Part shown: piece by piece, positions 12,673-25,769 of the stretch
How positions within the stretch are numbered: position 1 is the first letter of the stretch
Layout: each line of letters starts with the position of its first letter
Assembly (NCBI GenBank): GCA_010405405.1
Contig: MU004232.1
Coordinates: 391,481-455,480 of the forward strand
Reading direction: 5' to 3'
Length of the DNA: 64,000 nucleotides
Source: Microthyrium microscopicum
Lineage: Eukaryota
The notes under the pieces: generated by a model
Databases searched by the model: none
Told to the model about the DNA's origin: nothing
The model's input: the letters and a program-made list of their open reading frames with translations, nothing else
Program-made: the position numbers and the translations under genes

Positions 12673-15600
12673 ATGGCATTTTCCAATGGGCTCAAGTCCC
12701 CACGGGACGACTCGTCTTTCTCAACTTACAATACCTCGTCGCCGATGCGTACATCTAGCAGTCAATATGTACCGCAATTGAATTCCTCCTCTGTCGAACG
12801 TGCGAGTCTTCACCGTAGATTTACGACGAATACTGTCCCTACATTAAACAACCTCTCTCTACAATCTCCATTGTCGCCAATAGGACAACAGCGGCGTCAG
12901 GCAGCAGAGTCTGGCTTTGATCTTTCAAACTCAGTAAGCATACATGACTCTTTTGTGCGCCAGGTGGGGGAATGTCACGTTGTCCAAAAACCTCCGAAGA
13001 GCCTTGTTCTTAGGGTGGTTTTGGAGTCAATGGTTGTGGCTAGCCTACCGGTGAATGTGTGTGGGATATTGGCTAACAGGAGATTTTCTAGTCTGTACAA
13101 AAATCGCAAACACAATTCGTAAGTTGGCCATATTTCTCGATATTTTTCTTTCCATCAATTGTAAAGCGGATCTTGGGGCAGATTTCTTGTCAATCATCTG
13201 CCGCATGTTTTGGTTTTACTTTATTTGACTTGTAGCTTGATATTATAGGCTTGTAGATGTTTCCCTGAAAATGTGTGCGTTTTCTTTCTTGTATTCTTTT
13301 TAAGCCGCTCCGTTACGTGGTCGAGAAAGTATGCTGGGCAGCTATTGACTCGTAGTAGCAACGGGAATATGCCGAGAGGATTAAGCAGTCGAGTCTTCAC
13401 GCTAGACAAGAAGCAGAAAGACTAGAAGAGGAATACCGGAGACTGACATCGCCTGGCCATCAGTCGGAACCTACGACTCCACCAGACTTGCAAGACAGTG
13501 TGCTTACATCTAATTACGTTTCTCGCCCCAATCGAAACTCTCTGGCATCACTGACCTCACCTTTGCAACCGTCGACGAATTCGTTCCATAGGAATACACT
13601 TTCTGGCTCGCATCATACTTTGGGATTCTTTTCTAGCGCACAAACCCCCGGGCAAGGCCTCTCTATGTCGCACGGCAACTCGGATGAAGAGGAGGAGGAT
13701 ACCTACTCTGCTGATCTGCCGTCTGTCAATCGGCGAGCCAATGTGTAAGTCTAAATTCTTTTATGATGTGGAGTTGATTTCCCCACGTGGAATCGTTGGC
13801 CATGTGCGGCAACTGCCACGCATGGCACACGCTCTTTCCAACTTCGTTTTGTCGGTACCTTCTTGAGGCTCGTTCTTCCTTCATATGGCCATTCTACAGT
13901 CGCACTTTCCCAGCATCGTTAAAGCGCGTTTCGATGAGGGGCGTATTCACGTGCTGGTCTTTGCCTAACGTCCACCTTAACTCTTCTATGATTTCACAGC
14001 TTGGCTTTTAGCTCTTCAACTCCTCCGACCTATCCTATTCTGTTGTCATCGCTATACACTGTCTCTCCCTATCGCTGTTCATTTCTCCTTTCCGACCGCT
14101 GTCTAACTATTCGTCCTTTAGGCGGAATTCTATGCCAGTGACCAATTTCGATTACCGAGGAATGGGATCTTTGCCTGACGTGGCACAAGTACTTGGAATT
14201 CATACTTTACTTGACGAGGACGACTACCAACCACCGACCCATCGTCAGACAGCTTCCATCGACAGACAGACCTTGTTACATATGGAACGCGACGAAAGCG
14301 ATTTTCCAATGCTCCTACGTCGTCAGAGTCAGACTCAAACTGAGATGTCCAACTCCAATCACCCCACCATGTCTACTATCGGTCAGTTAAACTCCTCCGA
14401 AGGCAACGGTCTCCCAAGCTGGTCTGGTTACTCACGTCATCGCCAAGGCCAGAAGAGTCTTCCAATGAACACCCTACGCAACGGCGACGAAGACTCCAAC
14501 ACTGGCCATAGTCGCAATTCTTCTGCCTTTGATACTCCACCTCGCATCAAGGCCAACAATCGTCATTCCATGGACGTCAATTCTGCTGGTCAAGCACCAC
14601 ACTCCAACCGATCTAGTGTTCACCTGTCTCCGCAAACCAACACGATGCCAAATTTGCGCTCTTCTTTGTCTACCAATGACATTCCAACCATTGGCAATCT
14701 GAACCTGAACATGGGCAACATGGGCATGAGCGACACTTCAGCCAACTCAAACGGCCTTACTCACGAGCAGCGACTCCACAACCACAACGCTACCCTTGGC
14801 CGTATCCCTCCAAACGCTGTTGGTCACCGTCGCGAGAACTCTATTGGAGATCGACGTTCTTTGAACTCTAGCCATAACCTACTTCAAGCATCCACTGCTG
14901 CATATCTGTCAAACGTAGCTGCTACTGCACCTTCATCGTATACTAATACGTCTTCTATGCCGTCGTCAACACCTTCTGTCGCGTCACCAGGTCATACTAT
15001 GACACCAGGCTCAGGTTCAAGACCATCAACTGCTGGATCCGCCGCCCAAGTTCCTCCACACATGTACGGTATGCCTTCTAATATGATGGCTGGTGGTCCA
15101 CAAACCTACTGGACTCCTAACGGCAATCCCTATGGTGGCGTTGCTGGTGGTTATGGCCAACCATACTATAATCAACCGTCCGGTTACAACCCTCGCCCAG
15201 TTGTGCGTGATAGTCAACAATTGGTAATGCTGCAGCGCCGTGGTCAGAAAGATGGTTTGTTTTCTTTTCCCACTAATTTAATTCCGTTAATTTCTAAATA
15301 GAGCAAGCGCGCACAGAGAACCGTTTCACGAATACGGCCATTGAAGAGCACATTGGCAAAATCTTTGAAGTCTCCAAAGATCAAAATGGATGCCGTTACC
15401 TCCAAAAGAAGATTGAGGAAGACAAGGCCAAACATCTGCCAATCATCTTCGGCGAGACCAAAGACCACATCGTCGACCTGATGAAAGATCCATTCGGTAA
15501 TTATCTCTGCCAGAAGCTGCTAGAGAACTGCGACGCGGAACAACGTACTACACTCATCTACAATGCGGCCCCTGCCATGGTTGATATCGCTATCAACCAA

Positions 15601-16865
15601 CACGGTACTCGTGCCCTTCAGAAGATGATTGAGTTTGTTGAGACTGCGGATCAAGTTTCAGTCATTGTCCAAGCTTTGCGTCAAGAGGTTGTCTCTCTCA
15701 TTCAAGATCTTAATGGCAATCACGTCATTCAAAAATGCCTAAACCATTTGCAGTGCGACGACGCACAGTTCATTTTTGATGCAGTGGGTGCACATGCATT
15801 GGAAGTTGGGACTCATCGTCATGGCTGCTGTGTTCTCCAGCGTTGCATTGATCATGCTACTGGTGCTCAGAAAGCCAAGCTTATCGGCGAAATAACAGAG
15901 AAGGCATTCGATTTGATGCAAGACTCTTTTGGCAATTATGTCATCCAATACATCCGTAAGTTGTCAAGCCGTACCGTCGTTGTATCATATTAATCATGCT
16001 ATACAGTTGACCAGAATAACACCCAGTTCACGGGTCCTTTGGTTGCTTGCTTTGCCAACAACGTGGTGGAGTTGTCTCACCAAAAATTCAGCTCCAACGT
16101 CATTGAAAAGGTTTGTCCCGCTTTACCAATATTTCGAATACGCTAACAATAATGCAGAGTATTCGCATGGCCGACGCATTCTGGCAACGCAAGATTCTGG
16201 AGGAATTGTGTGTTGATGGTGCCGCAATGGAAGCACTCCTTCGAGACAATTTTGCCAACTATGTCGTCCAGACTGCCGTAAGTAACGCTATGGGTCTCAA
16301 GATACAAGTATACTAACCCTTTCTTTAGCTGGAACATGGACCGCAAGATTTGCAAGATCGTCTGTGGGATATTATCAAACCGATTTTGCAAAACATGCGC
16401 AATACTCCATGTGGTCGTCGTCTGATCGGTAAGCTCGCTCAGCGAGAAGGCACCGCTAGTGGTCAAACCTCTGGAAATCTGACTCCAAATGATGGAGCTC
16501 AAACTCCAGTCGCTACATCAACTGCGCATTCAGTTGCATCTCCAAACGGATTCAGCATCATGTCGCGGGAACTGCCTAATTCCGCCGTCGCCGGGGCCCA
16601 GGCTTTCAACGCTGCTCATCTTAATGGTGGAGCCATGCCTCACTATCCTCAGATGCATCAGACGCTTCCGCATCACCCTCAGCGCTCTCAGCACCAATCT
16701 CATCCCCGCGGTCGTAATGGCCACTTTCCACACAACAACGGCCACGGATACGCACCAAATGGCAATGGACAATCTGCGCCCAATAACAATGGCCCGTATT
16801 ATACACCCAACGCGCCTAATGGATTTGCTCAATACTCCAATAACACCAATGGCGGCTTCTTCTAA
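12673..16865 (+). CDS. Pumilio-family RNA-binding protein (Puf4-like), multi-exon
   Basis: Eight PUF repeats: DQNGCRYLQK, DPFGNYLCQK, NQHGTRALQK, DLNGNHVIQK, HRHGCCVLQR, DSFGNYVIQY, QKFSSNVIEK, DNFANYVVQT. N-terminal motifs 'LHRRFTTN' and 'GHQSEPTTPP'. About 7 coding introns plus a probable 5'UTR intron (about 12489-12650). Confidence 0.92.
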
Positions 16866-18034
16866 ACGGAGTTTTTGAACGGAGTTACTTGAGAGACGTG
16901 ACCCATGAACGATATGAACGACCTCGACGACAGAACTAGACGTGTTGGAACTGTTGAACGCCTTGATGACCTTCTCCTTTCTGGTCCATCATGCATTCAG
17001 CACCTTTCCATTCTACTTTTTGACAGTCATTGGTCGGACACTACCATCCACCAACCACCATCCATTACCATTCATTAAGCTTTTGAATCCCTCGATTCCT
17101 CGTCGCCAAAAGCTTGTTATTATTCACTGTGTAGTTCTTGCATTATTTTGCCCCATGGCCGGGTCAAAAGCCACACCATTATTCTGCATTCATCCCTCTT
17201 GTCTGTTGCATCTGTACAACAACACACCCAAAATCCTATTCTCGGTTATCAACACTACCAACATCAAGACAACCCCACACTGTTTTCAAAGGACCCCCAT
17301 AGCATTCATCACACCACCGGAGTATCATTAACCACATTCCCACTGTTTCAAAAACCCCAATCACGTGTTCGACGGCCTATTATCATTCATCACCATCACA
17401 AAATCAACCACCGTGTATTCTTTACCTTTCCGTTTCTTAACAACTGTACTTTCAACAAAAAGCCGATCATCGATGCCTTTGAGATCCATCTTTCACTCAC
17501 GATCATCAACGTGGACATGACTATTGGGCCAGAGGGTTGGACTATGGATCGGCAAATGTTTGAGGACGATTGAAGTGAAGGCCGTGTCTGTACTTTTTTA
17601 TGTATGTATGTAGGAAAAGAATAAAAGTAGTATTTTAAAAAATCCCTTGCATTTGCTCTGATGATGCTTCTACTAACCATAAGGCTGACTCCAAGATATC
17701 TGCGTAAAAGGACCAATCATCCGTTGTCATTGATAAATCTATACAACTTCGCCTTCTTCTTAGAATTGCTCGCGTGCCACCTATGCCAATTAGCAATCAT
17801 TGGACAGTATAAAGTTAATATCATAGCGCAATATACAGAAAATGCCACTTTCAATATCGCCAAATGGCCTTTCTCTAATATATGCCACGAGCTAGGGCAG
17901 TGAATATGTTCTGGAAGATACTGGACGATCGCAATTACTGGCATTTTTTGTATTTTGGCCGTGAAAGTGTAAGTGGAGGCGAGTGATGGTGTTTGGAGGA
18001 CAAAGGGTGGCAAATCGAATTCGGACATGCAATA

Positions 18035-18252
18035 CCGTAGCTTTCGCATCAAATGCAGGATTAATTAACCGCTTTTGGCAATCCAAATTTGGGCTTACTA
18101 CTCAGTAATTTCAGGAGACCCTACCGAGCGCTAACTTTTGTTCACACGTGAAATTAATCCTCTACTTATTATTGGTGAAAGATATTGGTCATCCCAAATT
18201 TGGGATTGCCAAAAGCGGTTAATTAATCCTGCATTTGATGCGAAAGCTACGG
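18035..18252. mobile_element. MITE, Tc1/mariner-pogo-like, 218 bp, ~59-bp TIRs, TA target-site duplication
   Basis: Left end: TA|ccgtagctttcgcatcaaatgcaggattaattaaccgcttttggcaatccaaatttggg. Right end: cccaaatttgggattgccaaaagcggttaattaatcctgcatttgatgcgaaagctacgg|TA. The arms differ by a single indel. Confidence 0.88.
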
Positions 18253-19998
18253 TATGCAGGTTGGCACGGATGCGGCTGTTGGAACTGGCAGGGTTTGGGT
18301 GTTGGACCCTGAAATCGATGGTGAACAGACTTGATGGATGGGCTTATGGATAGAGCGAGTATTTTGAGGACTTAAGTACGGTAATGAGTGCTTGTAAGAT
18401 ACCGTTCATATATACCTAAGGAAAGCGAAATGCTATTGTTGTGTGTGTAAGAAGCTCTGTTCTGATGGTTCTCAAGTCCTCGGCAGGAACAGGCAAGACA
18501 GGGTCCCGATCTAGGAACGCTTTCTTGACCTGCAGGACGATGCGATAGCGGGTTGTCTCGAGTCTTCAAATACTACTCCGTATATGAAATGATAGATTGG
18601 GTAAAATCTTTAGATTCAAAGTTCACGATGATCGAACAGATAATGTTGTATTTTTGCCCCGCGCTTACAGCCAGCCATCTCAAGGCAATTTTTCTTTGTT
18701 TTAGCAGCTGCTGGAGCGGTGAACGCAAGCTTGGTGTTGAGGCTGCATTAGTGTTGGTGGGAAAATGCAGGTTGCTTGCAGAAGCGAGGTTCCGCTGACC
18801 TTGGTGAACACTGATCATCGAAGTCTACGAAAGATGGGTTTGATCAGATAACGATGATTTTGGGCGTGAAGCTGATATCAGATGTGAAGCTCGGGAATGC
18901 CGTTGGGCACTTGGATGGGGTAGGAGATATTGCCATGTGGTAGATGAATAAGGGCAAAGGCCAGAATGAAGTGAATGAACGAACGTTAGAGGTTGAAGAG
19001 GGATAGAAAGGTTTCATATAAGCTATTGTTCTAGAAGGATATGGGTTCCTGGTCGTAGATTATGGGGTTATTATCCAGGCAAATGTTATATGCCGTGGGG
19101 TTTGGTCTTAATTTGTATGATAATGAGCACAGAATGAGGAGAGAGTGGGTGAATAGTTTGATACATTCGCCTTCGCAGGAACAATATCTCGGGATAATTG
19201 AATGGTTCAAGGACAAAATAAATGTGATAATTGTAGATTTACATGTGTAGAGATCTACATGTTGTGTTTGAAGGGATCCAAGGATGCAAGAAGGGATAAT
19301 CCTGCTTGTCTTCTGGTGTCCGGTTCAGCCCGCGTCCGTTGCGCATTATTGTCGTTTGGTTGGATGCTGTCGATGCAATCTGAAGAGTTCTGGACTTTGC
19401 TTCTCGCGCACTCTAGGCCTGCCCTCTCTCGACTTTTTTGCCATTGGCGTCCAATTTCTGAGACGACCTCTTGTTTTTCTGTGCCATCTGCTGGGAACCT
19501 TGACCAAAATCAAGACCCTGAGCCACGGCAAGAACCACCACCAACGGCTGTTGTCTGTGCCTCTACTTCCTTACTTATCCCCTGACTGCCCTTGGCCAGC
19601 TGTTATCTTCTGACAATCATCTGAAATCCAACTTCTTGCGCCAGATCATACATCAGAGAGCACAAGAGACCGCCATAAAAGTCCAATTGATCGACAATTG
19701 GCTTGATTGACCTGTTGCTGTCACCGCCCTCTCAATCCCCATCGGACACTAACCGCCTTGGTACCGCCTCTCCCGCAACCTTACAAGACACTTTTTTTTC
19801 AAGAGCAATCCTTATATTGCCCTCCAACTAAGCTTTCAATTTAAGCTCGTCCGTATTTTTACCCGGCCTCTCCTCAACCCTTTCCTCTCTTTCTCCTCCA
19901 TTTTTCCTTCCTCAATCCTCCTCCAGATTGCTTGAAGACTCTTCATTGAGCCAATTCTCATCTTCAACGCCTTGGATCCACACACCCAAGCCACCAAA

Positions 19999-21482
19999 AT
20001 GACGCCAGCTCTTCGACAACGACCAGCTGCTCAGCGAGTCCCTTCAATGGTCGACTCGTCTGCTACTTCAGCAGGAGCTTCTCCATTCGATTCTCCAGCT
20101 GGCAGTGCCTCAACCACATCCCTCTCATCTCTTTCCGAGGGAGACGAGAAAATCCAGCAAAAGTCAACAAATAAGGAGACCGGTGTCCTTCTTAACACAT
20201 ACGGCGAGGAATTCGAAATTCCAGATTATACCATCAAGCAGATCCGCGATGCCATTCCAGCTCACTGTTTTCGTCGATCAGGTCTACGAGGCCTCGGCTA
20301 TGTCGCTCGGGACATGGTCTGCCTAGCCACTACCTTCACCCTCTTTTACAACTTTGTCACTCCAGAGTACATTGAGTCCAAGGCTTTCCGTACTGCGCTA
20401 TGGGCCTTCTACACATTCGCCCAGGGTCTCTTCGGAACCGGCCTGTGGGTTTTGGCACATGAGTGTGGCCATCAATCGTTCTCTCCTTCAAAAATCCTCA
20501 ACGACACAGTCGGTTGGGTTCTTCACTCCGCCCTCCTCGTGCCCTACTTCTCCTGGAAAATCTCCCATGGCAAGCATCACAAAGCCACCGGCCATCTTGA
20601 CCGCGACATGGTCTTCGTTCCCCGCACCCGTGACGAATATGCCTCCCACATTGGCAAGTTGTCCCACGAGCTTTCCGAGCTGATGGAAGAGACACCAATC
20701 TGGACATTGGCCCACACGATCGGTCAACAACTCATCGGCTGGCCATTGTACATCATGAACAACACCACCGGCCATAACAAGCACGCCAAGCAAGCTGAAG
20801 GCAAAGGCAAGGGCAAGAAGAACGGCTGGGGCGGTGGAGTCAACCACTTCTACCCATCAAGCCCATTGTACGACCGCAAGGACGAGCAACTCATTCTTCT
20901 CAGCGATCTAGGCATCGGCATCACCGTCTTCACCCTCTACACCTTGTGCCAGAAGTTCGGCTTCAACAACATGCTCGTCTGGTACTTCGTCCCATACCTC
21001 TGGGTAAACCACTGGCTCGGTAAGTTTCCAACCATCCCCCTTGCCACCCTTTCCCAACTAACTCGTTTTTAGTCGCAATAACCTACCTCCAACACACCGA
21101 CCCCACCCTCCCCCACTATGACGCCGAAACCTGGACCTACGCCCGCGGCGCCGCCGCTACAATCGACCGCGAATTCGGCTTCATCGGCCGCCATCTCCTC
21201 CACGGCATCATTGAGACGCACGTCCTACATCACTACGTTTCCACGATCCCTTTCTACAATGCTGATGAGGCCACGGAGGCGATCAAGCCAGTCATGGGCA
21301 AACATTATCGCGAGAACCGCGAAGGTGGACCAATTGGTTTCCTCAAGGCGATGTGGAGCAGTGCGCGATGGTGTCAGTGGGTTGAGCCATCGAAGGATGC
21401 GGCGGGTGAGGGCAAGGGAGTCATGTTCTTCAGAAATCGGAATGGGCTTGGTGTGCCGCCTGTTAAGATCCAGGCAAACTAA
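19999..21482 (+). CDS. FAD2: Delta-12 (oleate) fatty acid desaturase, 2 exons
   Basis: His boxes HECGH, HGKHH and HVLHH, plus 'IRDAIPAHCF'. Intron at about 21020-21072. Confidence 0.95.
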
Positions 21483-22134
21483 GTTGATGCTGAGCATTGT
21501 GTCGTTCGTCGAGAATCTGAGTGGTGGCTGGGCGGTGGTTGAGAATAGTGAGCGACATTATTGGATGAGTATCTTGTGTCGATAAAACAACTGGTGTCAT
21601 GGTCTTTTAGACGGCGTTATTGAGCATGCCTGTCGGCGTGACATTTTGGGCAAGCTTTCTGCTCTGGTATGTTTGTCAGTTTCGAGCCTGTTCTGTTTAG
21701 AGAGTTAGCACTCATATTCTATCCAAAATATCAAAAGAATACGACCAAAAGAATGTAGAAAGATGTTTTGGAGATGTGAAGATGAAGATAGAAGTTGCCA
21801 CGAGAGGGGTTCGTGATGTATTTCAATGAGATCGATGATGTAAGTCTCGTGCCTCATGTTTGTCCTGTCTGTTTCCGCAGACAACCGCTTTTTTACTAAG
21901 CCATTGGATATCTGCACATATGAGAGAAATATATCAGAAAACACTGTCCAGTGCAGCTGTTGCGTATAAGATGAACTTGATTGTCAGATAAAAAAGGCTT
22001 TTAATTTCGCTATGAATGACCAACCCAACGAACGCACTGTAAACAATCAATATCGTGAAAGACTTCCCAAAAAATATGAACCACCCATCCTATCATCAAA
22101 ATACCGACTGTACTCCCTCCCTTCTTCCTTATAT

Positions 22135-22512
22135 TCAGGGCCTTGATATCTTGTTCCGCCAATGATTTTGCATTTCCTGCTTCTTCCTCTCCTCCTCCTT
22201 CTTCGCCATCTTCTGCTCCTCCTTCTTCGCCATCTTCTGCTCTTCCTTCTTCTTCAGATAACCATCCCACTTAACCTTGGCCTCCGCCGCCTTCTTCTGC
22301 TCGCTCTTCCTCTTCAGATAACCATCCCACTTAACCTTAGCCTCCGCCGCCTTCTTCTGCTCCCGCTGAACTGCCTCATTTTTCATCCGCTCTATCTTCT
22401 CAAAAACCTCATCCCACCCAAGTTTTCTCCCAAATTCCATCTCCATCTCCCTCTTCGTATTCCGCAAATGCGGTCCTGGCCTATACGGTTTTGGCCTATC
22501 CTTTTTGGGCTT
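22135..22512 (-). other. Stop-free in-frame extension (125 codons) directly after the PAT1 TAG; charged, helical and repetitive
   Basis: Reads GCT TAG AAG CCC AAA AAG GAT AGG... and stays open to TGA at 22135. Contains 60-nt and 24-nt tandem repeats. Confidence 0.6.
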
Positions 22513-25180
22513 CTAAGCCAACAACTCAACATCCAATCCCAACGCTCTCATAAACAGATTAACCTCGCCCAACCGTCGTTCCTGCTCACCAGCTGGTAGT
22601 GTGCGTGCGGCGCCCACACTGCTCATGACGCGGTCTTTGACGCCCAGTACGAGTCGTTGTTGCTGTTCGGCGGACGCGGTGGCGCCCATGGCGGCGAGGA
22701 ATTGCCACACGTATACATCTTCGGACGCGAGCGGTGAGGCTTCGCGGCCAGAGGCATCGCGGGGCCAGATCTGCATAAGGAGTGGTTCCAGCGCGTTGAA
22801 GAAGTCGTTGTAGACGGATGTGTATTGTGCGAATTCATTTGGTCCGGAACCAGGTTCGCCGGTGCCGTTGACTGCGGCTTCGCGGAGGAGTTCGGCGCGG
22901 GCGACGAGCATGGTTAGTAGTTGGAGACCGATCTTTGTGCGCGTGACGGCTTTGATATCGCAGCGGCTCACGATGAGGCCTAGCAGGCCGGAGGTGATTA
23001 CGAGAGGAGAGTCGTTTAGATGGCTGAAGAGGGGTGGGATGACGGCGTTGACGAAAAGTTCAATGTCTTCTTTGACTTTTGCGGGGATTGGTGAAGAGAG
23101 CGCGTTGTGGACTACGTCGAGGGTGTCGAGATGCACGAGGATTACTGTTAGAACTACGGTGCGTTGTTCGTTGGAGAGGTGGCGGAAGACGCGAGGGATA
23201 GCTTTTTTGCCTTTGGCGTGGGAGAGGATTGCTATGAATGGGTGGAGGGTTGCGTGGCTAGAAATGTTATTAGTACAGTAGAGTAAGATCCTGGGCATTC
23301 GCTTACTTTTCGACAATCGGCTCGTAGGCTTTCAGAGATGCCCAGAGTTTGTCGTTGAGTTGTTGTGTTTTTGCAGCCCAGAGGTCGAACATTTCGCTTT
23401 CTTCTAGAGGCCGGAGACGGGCGTGGTCTTCAGTTTCCATGAGAGCACCATAAACTTTTTCAATGTTCTTTAGAGCGGAGCGTCGTTCTTCGGTAGGGTC
23501 ATGATGGCGGCTTGGCCGTCTAACATGAACTGACTGGTCACTATCAAGTCGCTTGATGTTTAAAAGCGGCTTTGGCGTCTTTGCATTACTGAAGGAGATC
23601 TTTCCAAGACTGCCCTCAATGACCAGCTGCTTGTTCTTTGGCTTTGCTTTGGCCGCTTCAACCGCGCGTTGGACTTGTTGTTCCATTCGTTGCATATGAT
23701 TTTCACCGCCACGAGGATGTCGTCGGTTTTGACCATAGCGACCTCCGGTTTGGAAAAGGTAGGTTTGCGCAAACTGGTTGGCGGGTTGATGTGGGTTCTG
23801 GCGAGGAGCACCTCGTATTTGAGAATATACTTGATAGTAAAAGTCCTCACTAAGTAATCCCTCCGGGCCTTCGGAGTCGACACTGCCGGTGGCCGTGACA
23901 AGCTGCTGAAGCTGAATTCGAGTTATGAAGTTCTTGTCTTGCGGAGTCATAAGTCCATTATGTTTTGACAATAAATGGATTTTATGGTTTCGCTTTGCTC
24001 GTCGTGCTTCTTCCTGAAGATATGCTGCACGATCTTCATCCGAGAGTTGCAAGATCTGACTTGGATGAGAGATAATCGGACCGGAAGGTCCTCGTCCATG
24101 GCCTGGTTGGAACTGTTGATGAGAAATTGGCTGTCCAGGCCCAGACAGTCGGTTTGGATTTTGCAAAATCTGTCGAGGAGCTTGTTGGTGCGCAGACTGT
24201 TGCTGCTGTTGCTGCCGACCATGATGCTTGGGTCCAGTCGGAATCTGCTGTTGCTGCTGAGGACTAGACTCTGGCTGACGCTGGCGCTGCAAGATCTGAG
24301 GAGGCCGGTTTTGCCCCGTGGGTTGAGAAGGCTGGGGCGGTTGCTGCTGCTGCTGTTGTTGCTGCTGCGGCTGGCCCGGCGGTCGCTGCAGGATCTGAGG
24401 ATGAGCTGGCCACTGCTGTTGTTGCTGATGTTGACTTTGATGCTGCTGGTGATGTCCCTGATGCTGATGATGCTGTCCCTGATGCTGCATGAATGGCTGC
24501 TGCTGATACTCTTGCGGGTTTGTCGGAATAGGATATGACCCCTGCTGCATGGAAGGTTCGCCATATTGTTGCTGAGCAGCCTGTTGAGGAGCCTTGGGCT
24601 TGCTCTGCGCTTGCATCATAGCCTCAACTTCTTCCAACGTCATGGCTTTGCGCGCAGCTGCAGGAGGAGGTTGTGCGGCTGGTTCTGGCTCTTTCTTTGC
24701 AATACCCCAGAGATCCGCATCCACTTCGAGCTCTTGTATAGGACGATAGCCGTGGCGCGGCGCCGCAGCCTTCTTGACAGGACTAACTCGACTCGGGGCG
24801 TGTTGAGCAGCCCATCGCATGCGCTCTTCCTCAAAAGCCTGAGCAACGTTTCCAGTCTGTCCAGAGAAATCAAAGTCCCGCCCAACGTTCTTTTGAGTGA
24901 CTGGCCCTTCGTCGCCAAATGTATCATCGTTCAGATCGTCAGCCGCATCGTCGAGTCGTCCGCCTAGTCCTTCGTACGTGTCGTCAAAGTTGAGACTATA
25001 TACCGTGTTAGTATGGGTCGTTGAACGAAGCTGGCGGAGGGGGGTCTACATTTCGTCATTGTCTGCTGCTCGAGCGGACTGAAGTCCATCAAAAGCATCT
25101 TGAGTAGCGCCAAAGCCGGGCGCAGAGGTCTGATGGCCTCTATCTCTCGGCAGCCGAGAATCAAACCCGAAAAATGACAT
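22513..25180 (-). CDS. PAT1: Decapping activator / topoisomerase II-associated protein Pat1, 3 exons
   Basis: N-terminus 'MSFFGFDS' and 'LNDDTFG', a Q-rich middle, and motifs 'GLMTPQDKNFITRIQLQQL', 'EDFYYQVY', 'EGSLGKISFS', 'WQFLAAMG' and terminal 'LGLDVELLA'. Introns at about 25049-24997 and 23306-23258. Confidence 0.95.
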
Positions 25181-25769
25181 GGTTATAGGAAAATGTGTTG
25201 GTATAAAGTGAGCTTCTGGCAATGAAGGTTGACTTGATGGAGTGCGTGGTGGGATAAGCGCGCGTATAAACGAAGCTTGCTCCTTCTGGCGTTAGTGTAG
25301 ATTCAAGCGCCCTGCAGGCCACTAGGGGTAGTGGCCAATCAGTACGACTTTTGACGGGTTATTCCTTTTGCAAGGCTGAGCCTTGCAAGTTTCCTGAACT
25401 TTACCTTAAGATAAATCTCTGAGCGATTGAGCTGCCAGTTACTAGATTCTCTGGCCTTCCCCGGTTGAAAAGCCTCTTGTCTTCTCCGGGCTCCCCTCTC
25501 CATTAAACATTAATCCAACACTACTCGACATAAAAGCATAATTTTCCCCGTCACGAGCCAGAGCAAGGAAATCCAGCTCATCAAGTCCAGGTGTTGGTGG
25601 GCAATCGGCAACGCCCCACATTTCGCTCTCACCTTAGCCGGCTCACAATATTTCAACTGTAAGTCAATTAAAGATGGCCTTTCTTTTGTGCAAGTATACT
25701 GTCTCTTGAGGTCTAACTGCTAGCAGCTCTCAGTTCATCTGCGCTCTCCAGTCCCGAAATCCATCCATC

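Noticed and set aside
16866..17620. Puf4 autoregulatory elements in its own 3'UTR
   Set aside because: TGTA cores are present but I saw no convincing UGUAnAnUA match.
22135..22146. Cryptic peroxisomal PTS1 via readthrough
   Set aside because: The tails end in SRP (PAT1) and TKK (RPC5), which are not SKL-like, and the stops are not TGA-CTA.
24190..24590. CAG/CAA-rich repeat tract
   Set aside because: Ordinary polyQ-rich region of Pat1.
25317..25336. Hairpin ggccacta-gggg-tagtggcc in the PAT1 promoter region
   Set aside because: An 8-bp stem is expected by chance.
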